NCBI GenBank assembly: GCA_002633005.1
Contig: NMRA01000204.1
Coordinates: 514,272 to 578,271 of the forward strand
DNA from: Phoronis australis
Lineage: Eukaryota; Animalia; Phoronida
Direction of reading: 5' to 3'
Length of the DNA stretch: 64,000 bases
Part shown: piece after piece, positions 1 through 20,900 of the stretch
Layout of the letters: every line of letters begins with the position of its first letter
Numbering within the stretch: position 1 is the first letter of the stretch
Notes under the pieces: generated by a model
The model's input: the letters and a program-made list of their open reading frames with translations, nothing else
Database searches by the model: none
Told to the model about the DNA's origin: nothing
Position numbers and translations under genes: made by a program

Positions 1-493
1 CGGTACCTCGAAAATCTAGTCTAGCTCAAATTTTTGATGGCATACCATGGTTGAGATTTTTGGGGGTTTCTGCCGGGCACAACCCAGAGTGTATTTTGTC
101 TGTCATAGAGGTTTTAGTGATCTGTGACATGTATTGAATCACATGGAATTGGTTTTGTGTGGTACCTCGAATGTATGTGCTAGCTCATTTTTGGGGGGTC
201 CTTTTTTGGTTTCTGCCGGACCTATTCCAGAGTGTAATTTGTCTGTCATGGGTCATTCGGTGTTCAGTGAGGTACTATTGTTCGTTTTAAATCAATTTTG
301 GTTGGTACCTCGAATATCTAGTCTAGCTCATTTTTTGGGCTCTTTGTAAGGCCCCCAGGGGTCACACCCAGAGTGCAGACAACGGCAGACGTCCATTTCT
401 GTACATACTGAGGTGGACTTTAAATGCTCCCGTGGTCAGATGTTGGTACCTCGTTCATCTATGCTAAGTGCTCTGGGCTGCCGGTCTATAACT
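1..493. repeat. Degenerate tandem repeat (~140-160 bp unit), truncated by window start
   Basis: GGTACCTCG...CTAGCTCA motif at ~2, 161, 304 and a weaker copy at 445, with shared CCCAGAGTG/TTTGTCTGTCAT blocks. Confidence 0.7.
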
Positions 494-2354
494 TTACTTA
501 GTGAGAGTTGGGCCGGGGCTACATCAAATATACGCGTGGGCAGAAAACATATCTGCGTAAAAAAAGAGTTGCGTTTTCAAAACTTTCAGAGTGGTGTATT
601 GTCAGGACCTTCATTAATAAACCGAGACCAAGTACAAAGCACGTCGTCAAAGTTTAGGTAAACAAAGTTTACGGCATACTTACTGATTACAGGTTCACTG
701 ACTCGAAGCACGTTCTTAGGCATACGTATATTGTAATATCGGTTGAATTATATGTTATAATTGTGAATAGCACGTACGCAAACAATAAGCCATTCACATT
801 TAAATCTGATCACAATTCTCCTGCCTTGAAAACAAACATTCGTTTAGATAATTTTCGGAAAGAACGTGAACTAAAATGATAGGACAAACACTACATACCA
901 CAGTCCAGATTCTACATTCAAAGACCGCTTTTGCGAGAAAGAAACTCTCAACAGGAGAAGTTTGTAATGACACGTAAATAAGTATAACTTTTATCCCTTA
1001 GAGTAGACGCGAAACGCTAAGTATTGCGTTCTTACTCCAAAGGGCTCGGCCTTGGTGCGAAGCTGTTTACTAAATTAAATATACAACTTTCAATTGCGCC
1101 GTTGTGGGTAAAAACTGACCCAATAAAATCTTTCTTGAGTAATCTAAATTATTTACTGGCGTTGAAAAAATTGCTTTTCTACTATTATTCTGCTGCTAAA
1201 ATTGTGATGTGATCTTTTGCGTCGACTTTCGGAGCAATGAAATATTGCGTCACCTATTAGCCAGTTTCTTTTTCCCAGATTCTTCAATCAAACGTTCTCC
1301 CTCGAGATTGCCTAAACGTCACAACAAATGATCAGAATTGGTTTCACTTCATTATATGTTTTTGGAATTTGATATCAGTAAACCGAATTTTAGAACAGAT
1401 TTTGCTGCGATGTTGTCGTCATCTAATGGGAGATGTCAAAAAATTTCTGGAAGTGGCGCGTGTCACAAATGTACTACTTTCAAAACGACGACATACATTT
1501 CTTTGTTACCAATGCAAAGAGTTACGCAAGAAATGACGTCGGATATTTTTTCGCTTAAACGGCTGTTTGCAATTTCGAGGTCTGTCGCAGCTCAATACAC
1601 AGTAACACTGCTGTATTTTGACAATAGTCTTCATACAGCTAGCTGGCTAAGTAGGAAGGCTCTAGCTTCGAAACAATTTTTTACTCCGAAAGTGACAACA
1701 AATTCAGAATGATGATGGATCATGAATGACATTATAACCGATCACATGCTTCCGTTTTCATGCGCCCATGATCTTAATCACTGCGCTATGTTAAAACCAT
1801 TGTTTATGTTGTTCTTAAAATAAAGTTTTGTTCTACTGCTGTACTAACATATTAAGAAATTGAAAGATAAACAATAATTATCTGTGATAAAGCGAATTAT
1901 ACAGCGTGATGAAGTGATGATCAAAAGCAATAACAGATGAGCGCGATTGCGTGCTGCTTGTTGAGCATTCCACGGCATGAAAACACTTCAGGTCGTAAAA
2001 CAGCCAGCGTTGTATTCTGATTTTTGTGCAATTTTACTGTAAAATTTCAAATTTCTTGCTTGTTTGTAAGCATAATGTACTGTATAAAAAGTCTCATACT
2101 AAGGGACAGAAATTATGCTTCCGCGATATTACTTAACGTTTGATTTTACCACGCCGTCAGTAATTCAACGTAAAGTTCACGTTGGTGTAATGTCACGCAC
2201 TTTGTATTTGTAGGTTGATTCGATTTTACCACCTTTCAATAGTTGAACAAAAGTTGATAAACCGATGTCAAGACCGGAGTTGCTACTGGTGAACGAACAG
2301 CGAACAGTTAAATGTTTGTTTGGCCAAAGTTCACCCGCTAAGTCATAAAATGGT

Positions 2355-2570
2355 AATTGCCGACCAAGGACACGCTTAATCCGAATTGGTCGTCTACGCT
2401 TGGCGACCACTTGGCCGACCCAAGTGCCGACCACAGAGGCGACTCAGCAGACGGCTCCTAGCCGACCGTTGTTGGTCGGCTGCTGGTCGGCTAGACGAAC
2501 GGTCGACGGCTGGTCGTCGACCAATTTCCGACAGGTTGGACAAAAATTCGTGATGTGTGCTGTACCTTAA
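2355..2570. mobile_element. Probable end of a non-autonomous DNA transposon (CCGAC/GTCGG-rich)
   Basis: Dense short inverted CCGAC/GTCGG motifs ending ...GTGTGCTGTACCTTAA; other end not identified. Confidence 0.35.
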
Positions 2571-3044
2571 AGTTTTGACGCTCTTTACTATTTTGTGTAA
2601 TTTAGCGACAATTTAACTCATTGGAGTTTTGGTTAAATAAAAACTACCGTATTAGCTAAATGTAGTCTACTTAAACGCCAATAGGCCAGTACCCTGTAGA
2701 TCAAACCCCCCCGCAGAAAAGGTCCAGCCTCAGCCTATCCGTTTCAGATAGGATATAGATGGCAACAATGACAAAATTGTTGCAGATACTGGCACTACTA
2801 ATTACAATGATAACTAACCATCATGACACAAATTACACTTTTATAACTGCAGTGAAATCATTAATGCATTTCCAAAAAATGCTCTCAAAGAATTCCCAAC
2901 TTTTCATTAATTTTCAAATCTAAATTTCCTAGACTTCCTTATATATTTTCATTTTTTCCAAAATGGGTCCAAACAAACTCCGATCTCTCCAAGTGTTGAT
3001 TATATAAATGTATATTAACTGGCTGAATCAGTCATGATTATTCG

Positions 3045-3285
3045 TTCTACCAATTTAATTTAAATGGTTGATGCGAGATGCAAAATTTCTTGTGTGAAAT
3101 CAAAAGGTGAAATACAATGATGAAGCTTGTTAGAAAAATGTCTGCGGGCCAAATTTGCCCCGTCATGAGACAAGTTCGGCCTTTTCATTCTACTAATTTA
3201 AATGGTTGATGCGAGATGCAAAATTTCTTGTGTAATTTAAAAAGGTGAAACTTTACGATTAATTTCAAAAGCTTGTTAGAAAAAT
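3045..3285. repeat. Imperfect direct repeat (~95 bp x2)
   Basis: AATTTAAATGGTTGATGCGAGATGCAAAATTTCTTGTGT...AAGCTTGTTAGAAAAAT occurs at ~3056 and ~3195. Confidence 0.8.
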
Positions 3286-3498
3286 ATTAAATTTTCTTTC
3301 ATATGAACAGAGAACTAGAAACTTTCAAAAACAAATTTAATAATTAGTTGACCTGCATGCAATAAATTTAACTGCTTATTAATATATATAGTAAGATGTG
3401 TGCGTGTCAGTCTGAATGTTATTAATCAGTTACGTCACTAAAACCATGTTGCCGTTATAATAATACTGATAATACTCGATTACCACTATACTGAAATC

Positions 3499-3533
3499 TA
3501 TAAAACCTGCCTTTAATTGTAAACTGGTCAGTT
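3499..3533 (+). promoter_or_regulatory. TATA box + Initiator core promoter of the small peptide gene
   Basis: TATAAAA 3499-3505; TCAGTT 3528-3533 with its A 31 nt after the first T of TATA; GTATGT donor at 3571 and TTTTCTAG acceptor at 3703 give a 5'UTR exon. Confidence 0.65.
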
Positions 3534-3709
3534 TGAAAGATTTCAAAGCTGCTCTCAAGATCTCTTTCGTGTATGTATTGAATATTTTAATTTTGCTATA
3601 TGTAGACTCCAAGTACGTCAATGAATTCTGGCAACTAGTATTCTATCTGGCTATTGTAAATTTCTTTGTGTGTACCTAAATTCCTTCCCGTTTCATTTTC
3701 TAGGAAACC

Positions 3710-6478
3710 ATGAAGACCGCTGCATTTTTCTTCGCTTTGTTGGTCATCACGTCTGTGATTACTACAACGTAAGTACCACTATGAAGTAAATTCTTCTAAC
3801 TAAAACGACACCACCTTAATACTCATCATCTAAAATACGAAGTGTAAACCAAAAGCCCGGATTATTAGATGTGGTAAGTTGTGTGTTAGCAAAGAAGTAC
3901 GTATTTTCAGCTTGAACTCGCACACAGTTCATGAAAGGAACATTAGCACTTCTTTGCGGACAAAACGCAATTTTTTGGCATTACTGTAGGATGGGGTAGA
4001 CTTTTTGAAGTTATTAGTATTGACCTCAGCCATTGAGTTCAATGAGATCTGTTGTATTCTCTGGTTCTATTACAAGTCGCCAATTCTTGCAGTTGTCTGC
4101 AAGACATTCGCTGAGTGACTCTACTTGTTAAATACACTAAAATACGTTGCTGCACAATGCGGAAGGTTTAGCTCAACCAGTGGAGAGTTTGGTTGTAATG
4201 TGAGAATTTGTACGATCTCGGAAAAAGACTTTTTTCGCTTTCATACAGTTTAATTAAAAAAAGAATATTGTACATTTACTGACTTTCGCGAAGGCCTTAT
4301 CACATTTTTGTGGTCTGGATACCAACATGTTGACTTAGTGTGGAAGTCAATAATTTTTATTATAAGATTACACCCGTTAAAAAATCATGCATGGATGTTA
4401 CGTTTGAGCTCATTGATCGTTTGTTGATCATTCATTCGGTCAGTCATTTAACAAGTTTATACCCAAAAGGTTGTAGAGAGATTAAAAAAAAAAAACTTCT
4501 AGGAGATGCTCGAAATAAGCAAAGGAACAATCTATTATGTTTTTGGAAAGATATCGGGCTTTGCGGTCATACAACGATGGTTTTGATTTGCAAAGTATTG
4601 ACAAACGTGATTTGGTTATAATCAATCGTAAGCTGCATGTTAAGACCTCGATCAGGGTGCACGCGCAAACGACGCGTGTTGAAAATCTGTAAGAGTTTAT
4701 AGCCTTTGAAAATTATCCTTTTGTACAATAGCGTGGTTGTGAAAACTGCAGTGCCATGGTGCAGGTTTTCATTCAACTGTTAATTTATATATTTAAAGTA
4801 TTCAAAATCACAAATTTTATATCAAAAAAGGACAAACAGCGATAGAAAGCCTTTCGAGTTCTGTGACGTCCTGGTGGCGCTGTGGTAAAGCAGTGGCTTC
4901 TGAACAAGATGATCTTAGCAACGCAACTATCACTGATGCCGTCGGATTTGATAGGGGTGACCAACCCTTGAAAGATGGGAACACTTTATATGAATTAATA
5001 TATGATGTCGAGACCAGAGGCCTTCTCGAAAAGTCTACAGCCAAAAGTTGGTCCTTTATCTTTGGCTTTCAGTTTGCTCCCGAGCAGGTTACCGATTTCG
5101 GTCTTTTGAGTTATTGACAGAATTTTTGACTTCTAGCCTTAGCCTGATTTCGCAATTCATGCTACGCCATCTGTTGACTGATGTTTAGCCAAAAGACAAC
5201 TGACACTTCGAGACACATCCACCTAGGGCTGGGCTCAGAGTCTTGTCACTTGTTTTGAATAAATAATATTGGAGTTGTGGAGAGAAAATCAACGAAAGTT
5301 GACAATGTCCTTAAGGTGACATTATCGGCGACGACAATTTTGTGTACTTGAGATCAGTCCCCTTACGAACTCGAACCACGACCTGCGCTGTCGCAAAAAG
5401 ACACTCTTCTCGAAGGGCTAATAACTGAGACAATGCAGTAGCTAACGAATATTTTAAGCGTGTTTAATTTAATAAGGTCACCCCCTCGATTTCAGTTAAA
5501 TCTTCCGAATGACTGGCAGCCTTCTTCGGGAATCAGTGATATTTAACAAAATAACAAAAATATAACTGATTTGCTGTTTTATAGCTGTGGTCAAAGCTAA
5601 TAACGTTTAAAACAACAATTAACACTTTTCTCGGGAAAGCTTGGAACACCGTCGAGATATATGTTATATTTTTAAAACATTTTTATCTTGAAACTTAGCT
5701 CACTGTCTAACTTTCCAAAATCTTGGGTACTTGTATTACAGAGTTGTAGAGGCTTTTACTGCAAATGTAATGGGTGCAAGAATTGATCGGCGTGCAAAGT
5801 CCAATGCCGAAGAGTTCCAGAAACAACTAACAGTGGAAGACATGAACCAGGAGACGAGGTTAGTTCATGAGCCTCAGGCATACTAAACAACTCTGTTGTT
5901 TTATGTATCTGAGGTTGTATCTAACACATTTATTCCCTACCGGCTGTTAAGATGAGATTTAGGTGGTACTGAAAGATTTTGATTGGTTGATGTATGCACA
6001 CCAATTGGTGACCACTCAAAAATCCTACGCAGTGATTTCACTTCAGTTATACTGACATTGAAGTACCGTGCCTGGGTCACAGCTCGTGAGCTGAGAAATA
6101 ATATAATTATTACCATTTTTGTTCAACAAAACGCAGCATATCAGAAATGTGCGGTCAGGGCTGAGTTGCATAAAGCTTCTAATCAAAAGTTATCCGCTGG
6201 AAAAGTTTGATTGTTGGATGACGTCAAGTGTATTGTTCAACAATAACAACGTGACGCGTGATAATGCGACGTCATTGTTGCTTTACGTGACGGTATATAA
6301 CTTATATGCAACTGGGCCCAGAATTTAACGTACTGTAAACTACTAAAAATAAGTGCATATCTGCGAATTGAACTGAATATTGGGTCGTAGCACCTGTGTA
6401 CAATGGGACCGTGTAGACAGTATAACAATTGGAGTGTCAACTACTGTATCACGCAAAAACCTTTTTTTCAGAAACTGA
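3710..6478 (+). CDS. Small secreted peptide precursor, ~60 aa: join(3710-3768,5742-5858,6472-6478); MKTAAFFFALLVITSVITTTVVEAFTANVMGARIDRRAKSNAEEFQKQLTVEDMNQETRN
   Basis: ACCATG Kozak context; hydrophobic signal peptide ending V-E-A; GT-AG introns with matching phase 2; dibasic RR; AATAAA at 6547; last exon is least certain. Confidence 0.7.
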
Positions 6479-6645
6479 CGGAATGTCCCTAAAGTGAAGA
6501 AAATTTCTGGACGCGGGCGTAATTTGGTTGGAGATATTCCGATTTCAATAAAGTTATAGACTTGTTGTAAGACTGGGTTGTGTTTTGTTCTGAAAGAAAA
6601 GCTCTCACTGATGCTACGTAAGCATTGGATTTCAGTCCCAAGTTA

Positions 6646-6665
6646 TGAATGAATGAATGAATGAA
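6646..6665. repeat. (TGAA)n microsatellite
   Basis: About 5 perfect copies. Confidence 0.9.
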
Positions 6666-8809
6666 CATGTTTTATTACATGCCATATAAGAATGCATGAT
6701 TCCACATATGAAAAATATGCTAAAATATGATCTAGCCGATAATAAAAAACTAAAGGCTAGCAACAGGTGTACTCACTTGAGACTGAAACAACTATGTTTC
6801 GAAATATCGTGTACCTTTTAATTATGTCGCTAGGTCAGTTACTTCATCTATGTTCCGTTGAGAGTAGTTTTATTCCGAAGATATGAACGAAACGGAACTA
6901 AGACTGTCGTGTTTTTAATCAATACTGCTATAGTTGTATTACTTTAAACTATTTTCCGAAAGTTTGGTGATCGGTCCGACTAACGAGGTCGAGTCGTTGA
7001 CCTACCTTTTGAACTTTCCATGTCAGAGGTCACTGTTTTTTAAGTAGTGCAGGAGGTGAATACGGAAAACTACATGTCCGTATTTCCCTCGACAGATTCA
7101 ACGCGTATGGGACAAATTACAGTTTTCAATTGGTATACAGCATGATGAGAAGAGTTCTAAAATTTAACTGGGTGATAGACAACAAGTAACCAAGGTTCTG
7201 TCGATAGGTTTTTGAATGGTCCCACAGAGATAATTAGACTTTTTCAGGAATACTGTATTTTTTGGATATTAATTTTTGCCAGTTGTCCGACTCAGACCAC
7301 AGAACTCTAGGAACGGGACGCCAACTCCTCCGCCTGACCCAAGCATTCTACTAGTGTTAGAACTTGCTGTTCCCGAGATTCCACAGGGCTGGCCACGAGA
7401 GTTGCACCGTGAATTTCCTGTTGTCGGCTCGACTGACTTTTGATCGAGAGATGTAGGTATCAAATCAAACCAAATTTCGTTACTTCATGCTCATTTTGTC
7501 ATTTTGCTTTAGGTTTAACCCACTCCTTAAGAGCACCAGTCAACATTTAGTGCACAAACGTTCTAATGCGCACAAATATACCCAAACACCATTCAAGAAA
7601 GAATGGACTCACCGGAGACAGCCCAAGAGTTATTATCTCTGCGGCGAAGGATGTTAAAGTTATTAGACACTTTTCCCAGGCAAATCAATAGGAACTCCCA
7701 CTCCCATTACGTTGTGGACATTTGCCGATCCCAGTCTCCCAGTTTTCACCTCAAACTCGAACGGCCTTGACTAACGTATTTTCAGTTACTTCCAATAAAG
7801 AAAATAAACTATGTCGACGCAAACGATTTTTAACATTATTTTTATTACAAATAATGGTTTTAGTTTACATTCAACATTACAAATGAAATAAAAACATTAA
7901 TTTAAATTCATAGTTTATACAAAACGAGATCTACAGGTCAGTCAGCGTTTCTCATGAATCACGGTTGCCTTTCTCTCACTGATGGGAGGCTGGAGGGAGC
8001 ACGTGATTGAGCACGTGATAAGTAAAATGTATCAATAGCATCTGCTATCTAACACTGGCTACAACAGTGGTTTGTGAAAAAAGAACTAAATATCTAAGAA
8101 ACAACGCAGTTCATGAGAAATGAAATACAGCTCATGAAAGATAATTGTTTTCCAGTAAAAAGAACAGTCACTGCTCGTGAAAATACATTTGTGGTTCATG
8201 AGAGAGGAATATCACTAGCCTGTTATACAGCTACTGTTATAGATGTACTTATAAACACATACCCTGGTAGGTAAAATGGCACCATCATCAGGTATATTAA
8301 TGGGTGGCATGGCATGTTACCAAGAACTAGATTACAAGAAAGTGACTTTAAAGAACTTAGATAAAAATGAATGGACAAACATTTGCATTAACAAGAATAT
8401 AAATAAAAATAGTCCCATGCCTCGAGCAGATTTTGTACACAGTTGAAATATTTGTGACACAAGGCTACATGATGTAACTGTACAAACTGATCAGTTCAAA
8501 GTCCAGTCATTACCAGCTAAAAAATAAATGTGATCAAAAATCACTTTTAACAGAATAGGTTATTTTTGTGATGACCCAGTCAACCTTTGCACAAGTTGAA
8601 GTGAACAATGTGATTGAAAATCACTTCAAAGAATAAGTTATTTTCGTGATGACTCATCAATCTTTGCACCAGATGAAAGTGAACAGTGTTAACTCACTGA
8701 ACTGTGGTCAGGGCACCATCCATACACCACCTTGGCACACATCTTCCATAATTCAACGTGATTAATGCATTCATTCCAGATTCATGATGAGTTACACCAT
8801 ATTGAAAGA

Positions 8810-9030
8810 TTACCACTCATGACCTGGTCACACATCACTCATGAAGAGGTCACACACCACTCATGACTAGGTCACACATGACTCATGACCTGGTCACACA
8901 TGACTCATGGCTTGGTAACACGACTGGTGACATGTTCACAGATCACTCATGACATGGTCGCATATCTTCTCTGACACATCACTCCTGACATGGTCACAAA
9001 TCACCTCTCACATGTTCACATGTTTCCACA
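8810..9030. repeat. ~22-bp minisatellite in probable TMEM185 3'UTR
   Basis: Repeated ACTCATGACCTGGTCACACA-like units. Confidence 0.85.
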
Positions 9031-9566
9031 GCTATCCCTTCTATACCCTCAGATAAGATCATCACTGTACTTCATAAAGTTCCCAGTGGAAGTTTTGTTG
9101 AACAAACACAACAGAGACACCTCCTAGTTCAGGATCCATGTTCTATAGTACCAGCCAACACAGTTTTCTTGATTTCTGTCTTTGTATTCCAACGTGTTGA
9201 ACACACCGAGTTGTTGGAATATTGAATAATAAACCAACAGGGAATGTGACCAACCATTGTTGATTTTTGAACTTGCAAAAGTCTTGCATTGCCGACACTA
9301 TAACTGTAGAAGTGCTTTGAAGCAGGTTCATTGCAAAGCTCTCATCAAAACACTTTTTGATCTTGTAAGTGAATCCAATGATTAATTATTAATTAAGACT
9401 GAACAAATCCTTGATCGAGTCAAAACTACAACAGAATTACACAAGGTGTAATCGCACCACTTAAAGTGTAACAAAACAAACCCATACTTTAATTTGCACT
9501 TTACGCCCAATAAATAAACTGAGTAACACTGTCATCATATCCAGCAACCAGCAGGCTGTCTTGTTG

Positions 9567-17635
<8,069 letters not shown>

Positions 17636-17924
17636 TTCTTTCTTCTTGCTGAATCAAAACATTTTCCACGCTTTTACCCACAATGCACCACAATGTCGCT
17701 TTGACCAATTCTAATCACAACGTTTATTTCGATAAAATCCACATGTTTAAGCACTTTCAGGATACCACTTACACTTAACCGCACATAAACATAAATTCCA
17801 TGGTATACTTCATAAAAATAGCCTCAACGTTTCCCAGTAAATTTGTTTTTGGACATGTTAAGCGACTATGTTTACATCCGTCTTCCGGGCAAGGGCAAGT
17901 GCTTTGAGGCTGTGCCTTACCAAA
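17636..17924. promoter_or_regulatory. Bidirectional promoter region TMEM185/ANKRD46
   Basis: Divergent start codons ~290 bp apart. Confidence 0.7.
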
Positions 17925-20900
17925 ATGTCATTGTTTCAACCTGTTCTGAAGTGCGATATACAAAAAGTAGCCGAGTTATTGGGACAGAAACACGATCCGA
18001 ATTCTAAAGACAGACAAGGCAATGATTTTTCGTTTTTGTGTATTGGCAAACTTCTAGAGCAGTCGGACTGATCGAATCGTGCCTGAGTTATGTTAGGGTG
18101 AGCAAACCAATATGGCGGAAATTCAGCAAGAGCGAAATTTTGCCATTTTTCATGATTTTCACAAGCTCATATCTATTAGCATACTAAGTGGTGGAAAATG
18201 AAAAGTATGTCAGTGAAATATTTAATTTTTCTTCTTTCTATTGATATCCATTACAAAAAATTTGGACATTAATGANTGTCACTACTGTCAACTGTTCACT
18301 GCGGCTATGCATCCTGATCTTATATCGGAAGATTTTCTGCAAATTACGCTTCACCTAGCCTAAAATGCCAAAGTGTATACCAAGGGGGACACCTTTGGAG
18401 CCCGTATGAGTGATGTATTTAAATCTTTCCTACTCAAACAAATACTCATTTGTCAACAACATTGTTGGTAGACAGTGACCACTGTCTCCAGCTGACTAGA
18501 GGTGGTGCAGGCTATAGGAGGCTCATACACTGGAAGGTGTTTGAACATTTTTAACGCTGCGCGCAGCAGGTGGTATGACCTCGTATCCCCTGGCTTGCGC
18601 AGTGTAAAAATGGCCAGTTACCAATTTTGGGACTGAACGAGGGACCCCTCAAAGAAAAAGTTTGATAACAGGAATATTTCTTTGAGTTGGAAGGAATTAA
18701 GTCCATCGACGTCCTCCTAAGGTGTCCCTCTATGTGCAAAAGATATTTATAACAACGTGACTTTGATATTTTAGTCAGTGTGAGGCATAATTTGCCGAAA
18801 AGCTTCCGGCTTATGAAGATCCGGTAGGAGATACATCGTCTCCAGTCAGCTAGACATGGTGATCACTGTCTACATTGATGGTTGACCTCTAATACATGGG
18901 CTCAGCCCACAGTCAAATGGAAACTTGCTGGGGGATATAGAGTGGGTTTTGAGAAGTTACTATCGAGTTGCGAATAACCATATATATATATATATATATA
19001 TATACGATTACTTATTTCAGACTCTTTTTCCAGTCTATATGAAGCTTATTTGGGTCTCTACATTTATTAATTATAGATGGTTTTTCCACTCCTCCACAAT
19101 TAGTTACAGGGAGTGACAATGAACTAGACCAACAACGACAACCTGTGGTGTGTCAGTTGCCTATTGAGATTGGGCTTGCACCAACTGATATGTAAAGCCT
19201 CACGAATTTTAAGCTCCTTTGTTGTTACTGCCTAGCTAGTAATCCTCCTCAATTATTTGGGAACAATGTTGGGTCTATACTATTCCAGTTTCTACTATTA
19301 TTAGAAATCTTGAAAATTTTCGGTCTATACTATTATTGTTGTCTCTACAACTATTTGGAACCCGAGAGTACTTGCCATTTAGCCAGAAGGCAATAGATGG
19401 CAAACCATTCTTTATTCAGCTGAAGCCTACTTGTACACAATGATTATCGGCAATAGGCTATCATGCAAGAGCCGCCATTTTATATGGTGGTGACTGGTGT
19501 GTGGCTAAGAATTTGAGTAGTTCCTTAATTTTATTACAGCTAATCTATGTGAAAATTTTCCTCAAAGCCTGATTCTGTATGCTCACTAAGTGAGAGGTAG
19601 GCCCCTTGTTTTCTGAAATCTTCCAGTGACGTATGTTTTGGTAGGCAGTAGGTCAGCTAAGGTTTTGGCAAACTAGTTCTTATTAGGGACTAGCTGGTTT
19701 CTATCTGTTCTGACAAGTTATTTGTAGTAAAATGATGTCAAGTAGCTTTAATAGCAATGGAGGCTGACCCTTCCTACAAGGGCGCAGAGTGGTCACCTTC
19801 TTATTTATACCATATATAATGTCCCTCAGTAACTGCATCACATTTTGTATGGTCACTCTACCTGTATAGTCCCCTCGTGTCTTTTGGTATAGTCTTGGTG
19901 TGTAGCGAATATGCAGCACTGGTGTATACCTTATAACGCACACTGTGCATTTGTCTTCATGTTATACCTTTTCTAAGTTTCTTGAGATGCCAGGAAGTTG
20001 CCAATTAAATGACTGATGTAGATTATTAATTTCAGCCCAGGTCATGCTTTTTTAAAAGCTTCATAGTGGCGCATAAACAATGTTTGAAGTACCATGGTTT
20101 GCCAACCGAAGATTAAAAAACAAATCCCATATCAATTCTTATACATTTATTATCATAAGTAATATCACAATGTATCATTTTTTCTCGTCTAGCAGATTTT
20201 CTTTTTTAAAAATTGAACATATAAAAATACCATACGACAGGCTCAATTAAAAAAAATAGAGATCAGAACCCACAATGCTTATGTTTGGCCTTATGTAGTT
20301 AATTTTGATGCTAATTGAGGGTAAGATGTTGTCACAAAAAATTTTGATAAGTCATTTCTCCAATTTCCTCAACATCCAAATTTCTGTGGGTAATTATTTT
20401 GGAGTGGGTTACTGTGGTATTTAGGATGCTACTGAATAGTCCTAATTATTTCTTTACTGTTTTGCCATGAGCATATATGTATGCAGTGGCATGGGATTCT
20501 CATTTACTTTGAATGGTTTGTTTCAGGAAGGACAGTTATGCACATTGCATCTAGAAAGGGTTTTTCAACCATTATGCTGTTGTTACTTGAGAATGGAGCG
20601 GATGTGAATGTTGAAGACCAATTTGGCAACACTCCACTGCACATGTGCGGCCATATGGACACACTGAAGGTTCTTTATGAGCACGGCGCAAATATAAACA
20701 CTTTGTAAGTGTAGTAATGTACAATACGGGTAATTCTTAATATTTAAACTTGGGTGAATGTTATAAGCAAACTTTGTTTAAAGGAATAGATTCCTTTGAA
20801 CAAAGTCATGTTGTGTATAGAAAAGTTCAATTTCTATTTTTTGCAGTTTGTAAAAGTGTCATAATTTGCTCCTGCCTTACGACTTTACAAAATATAGTGT

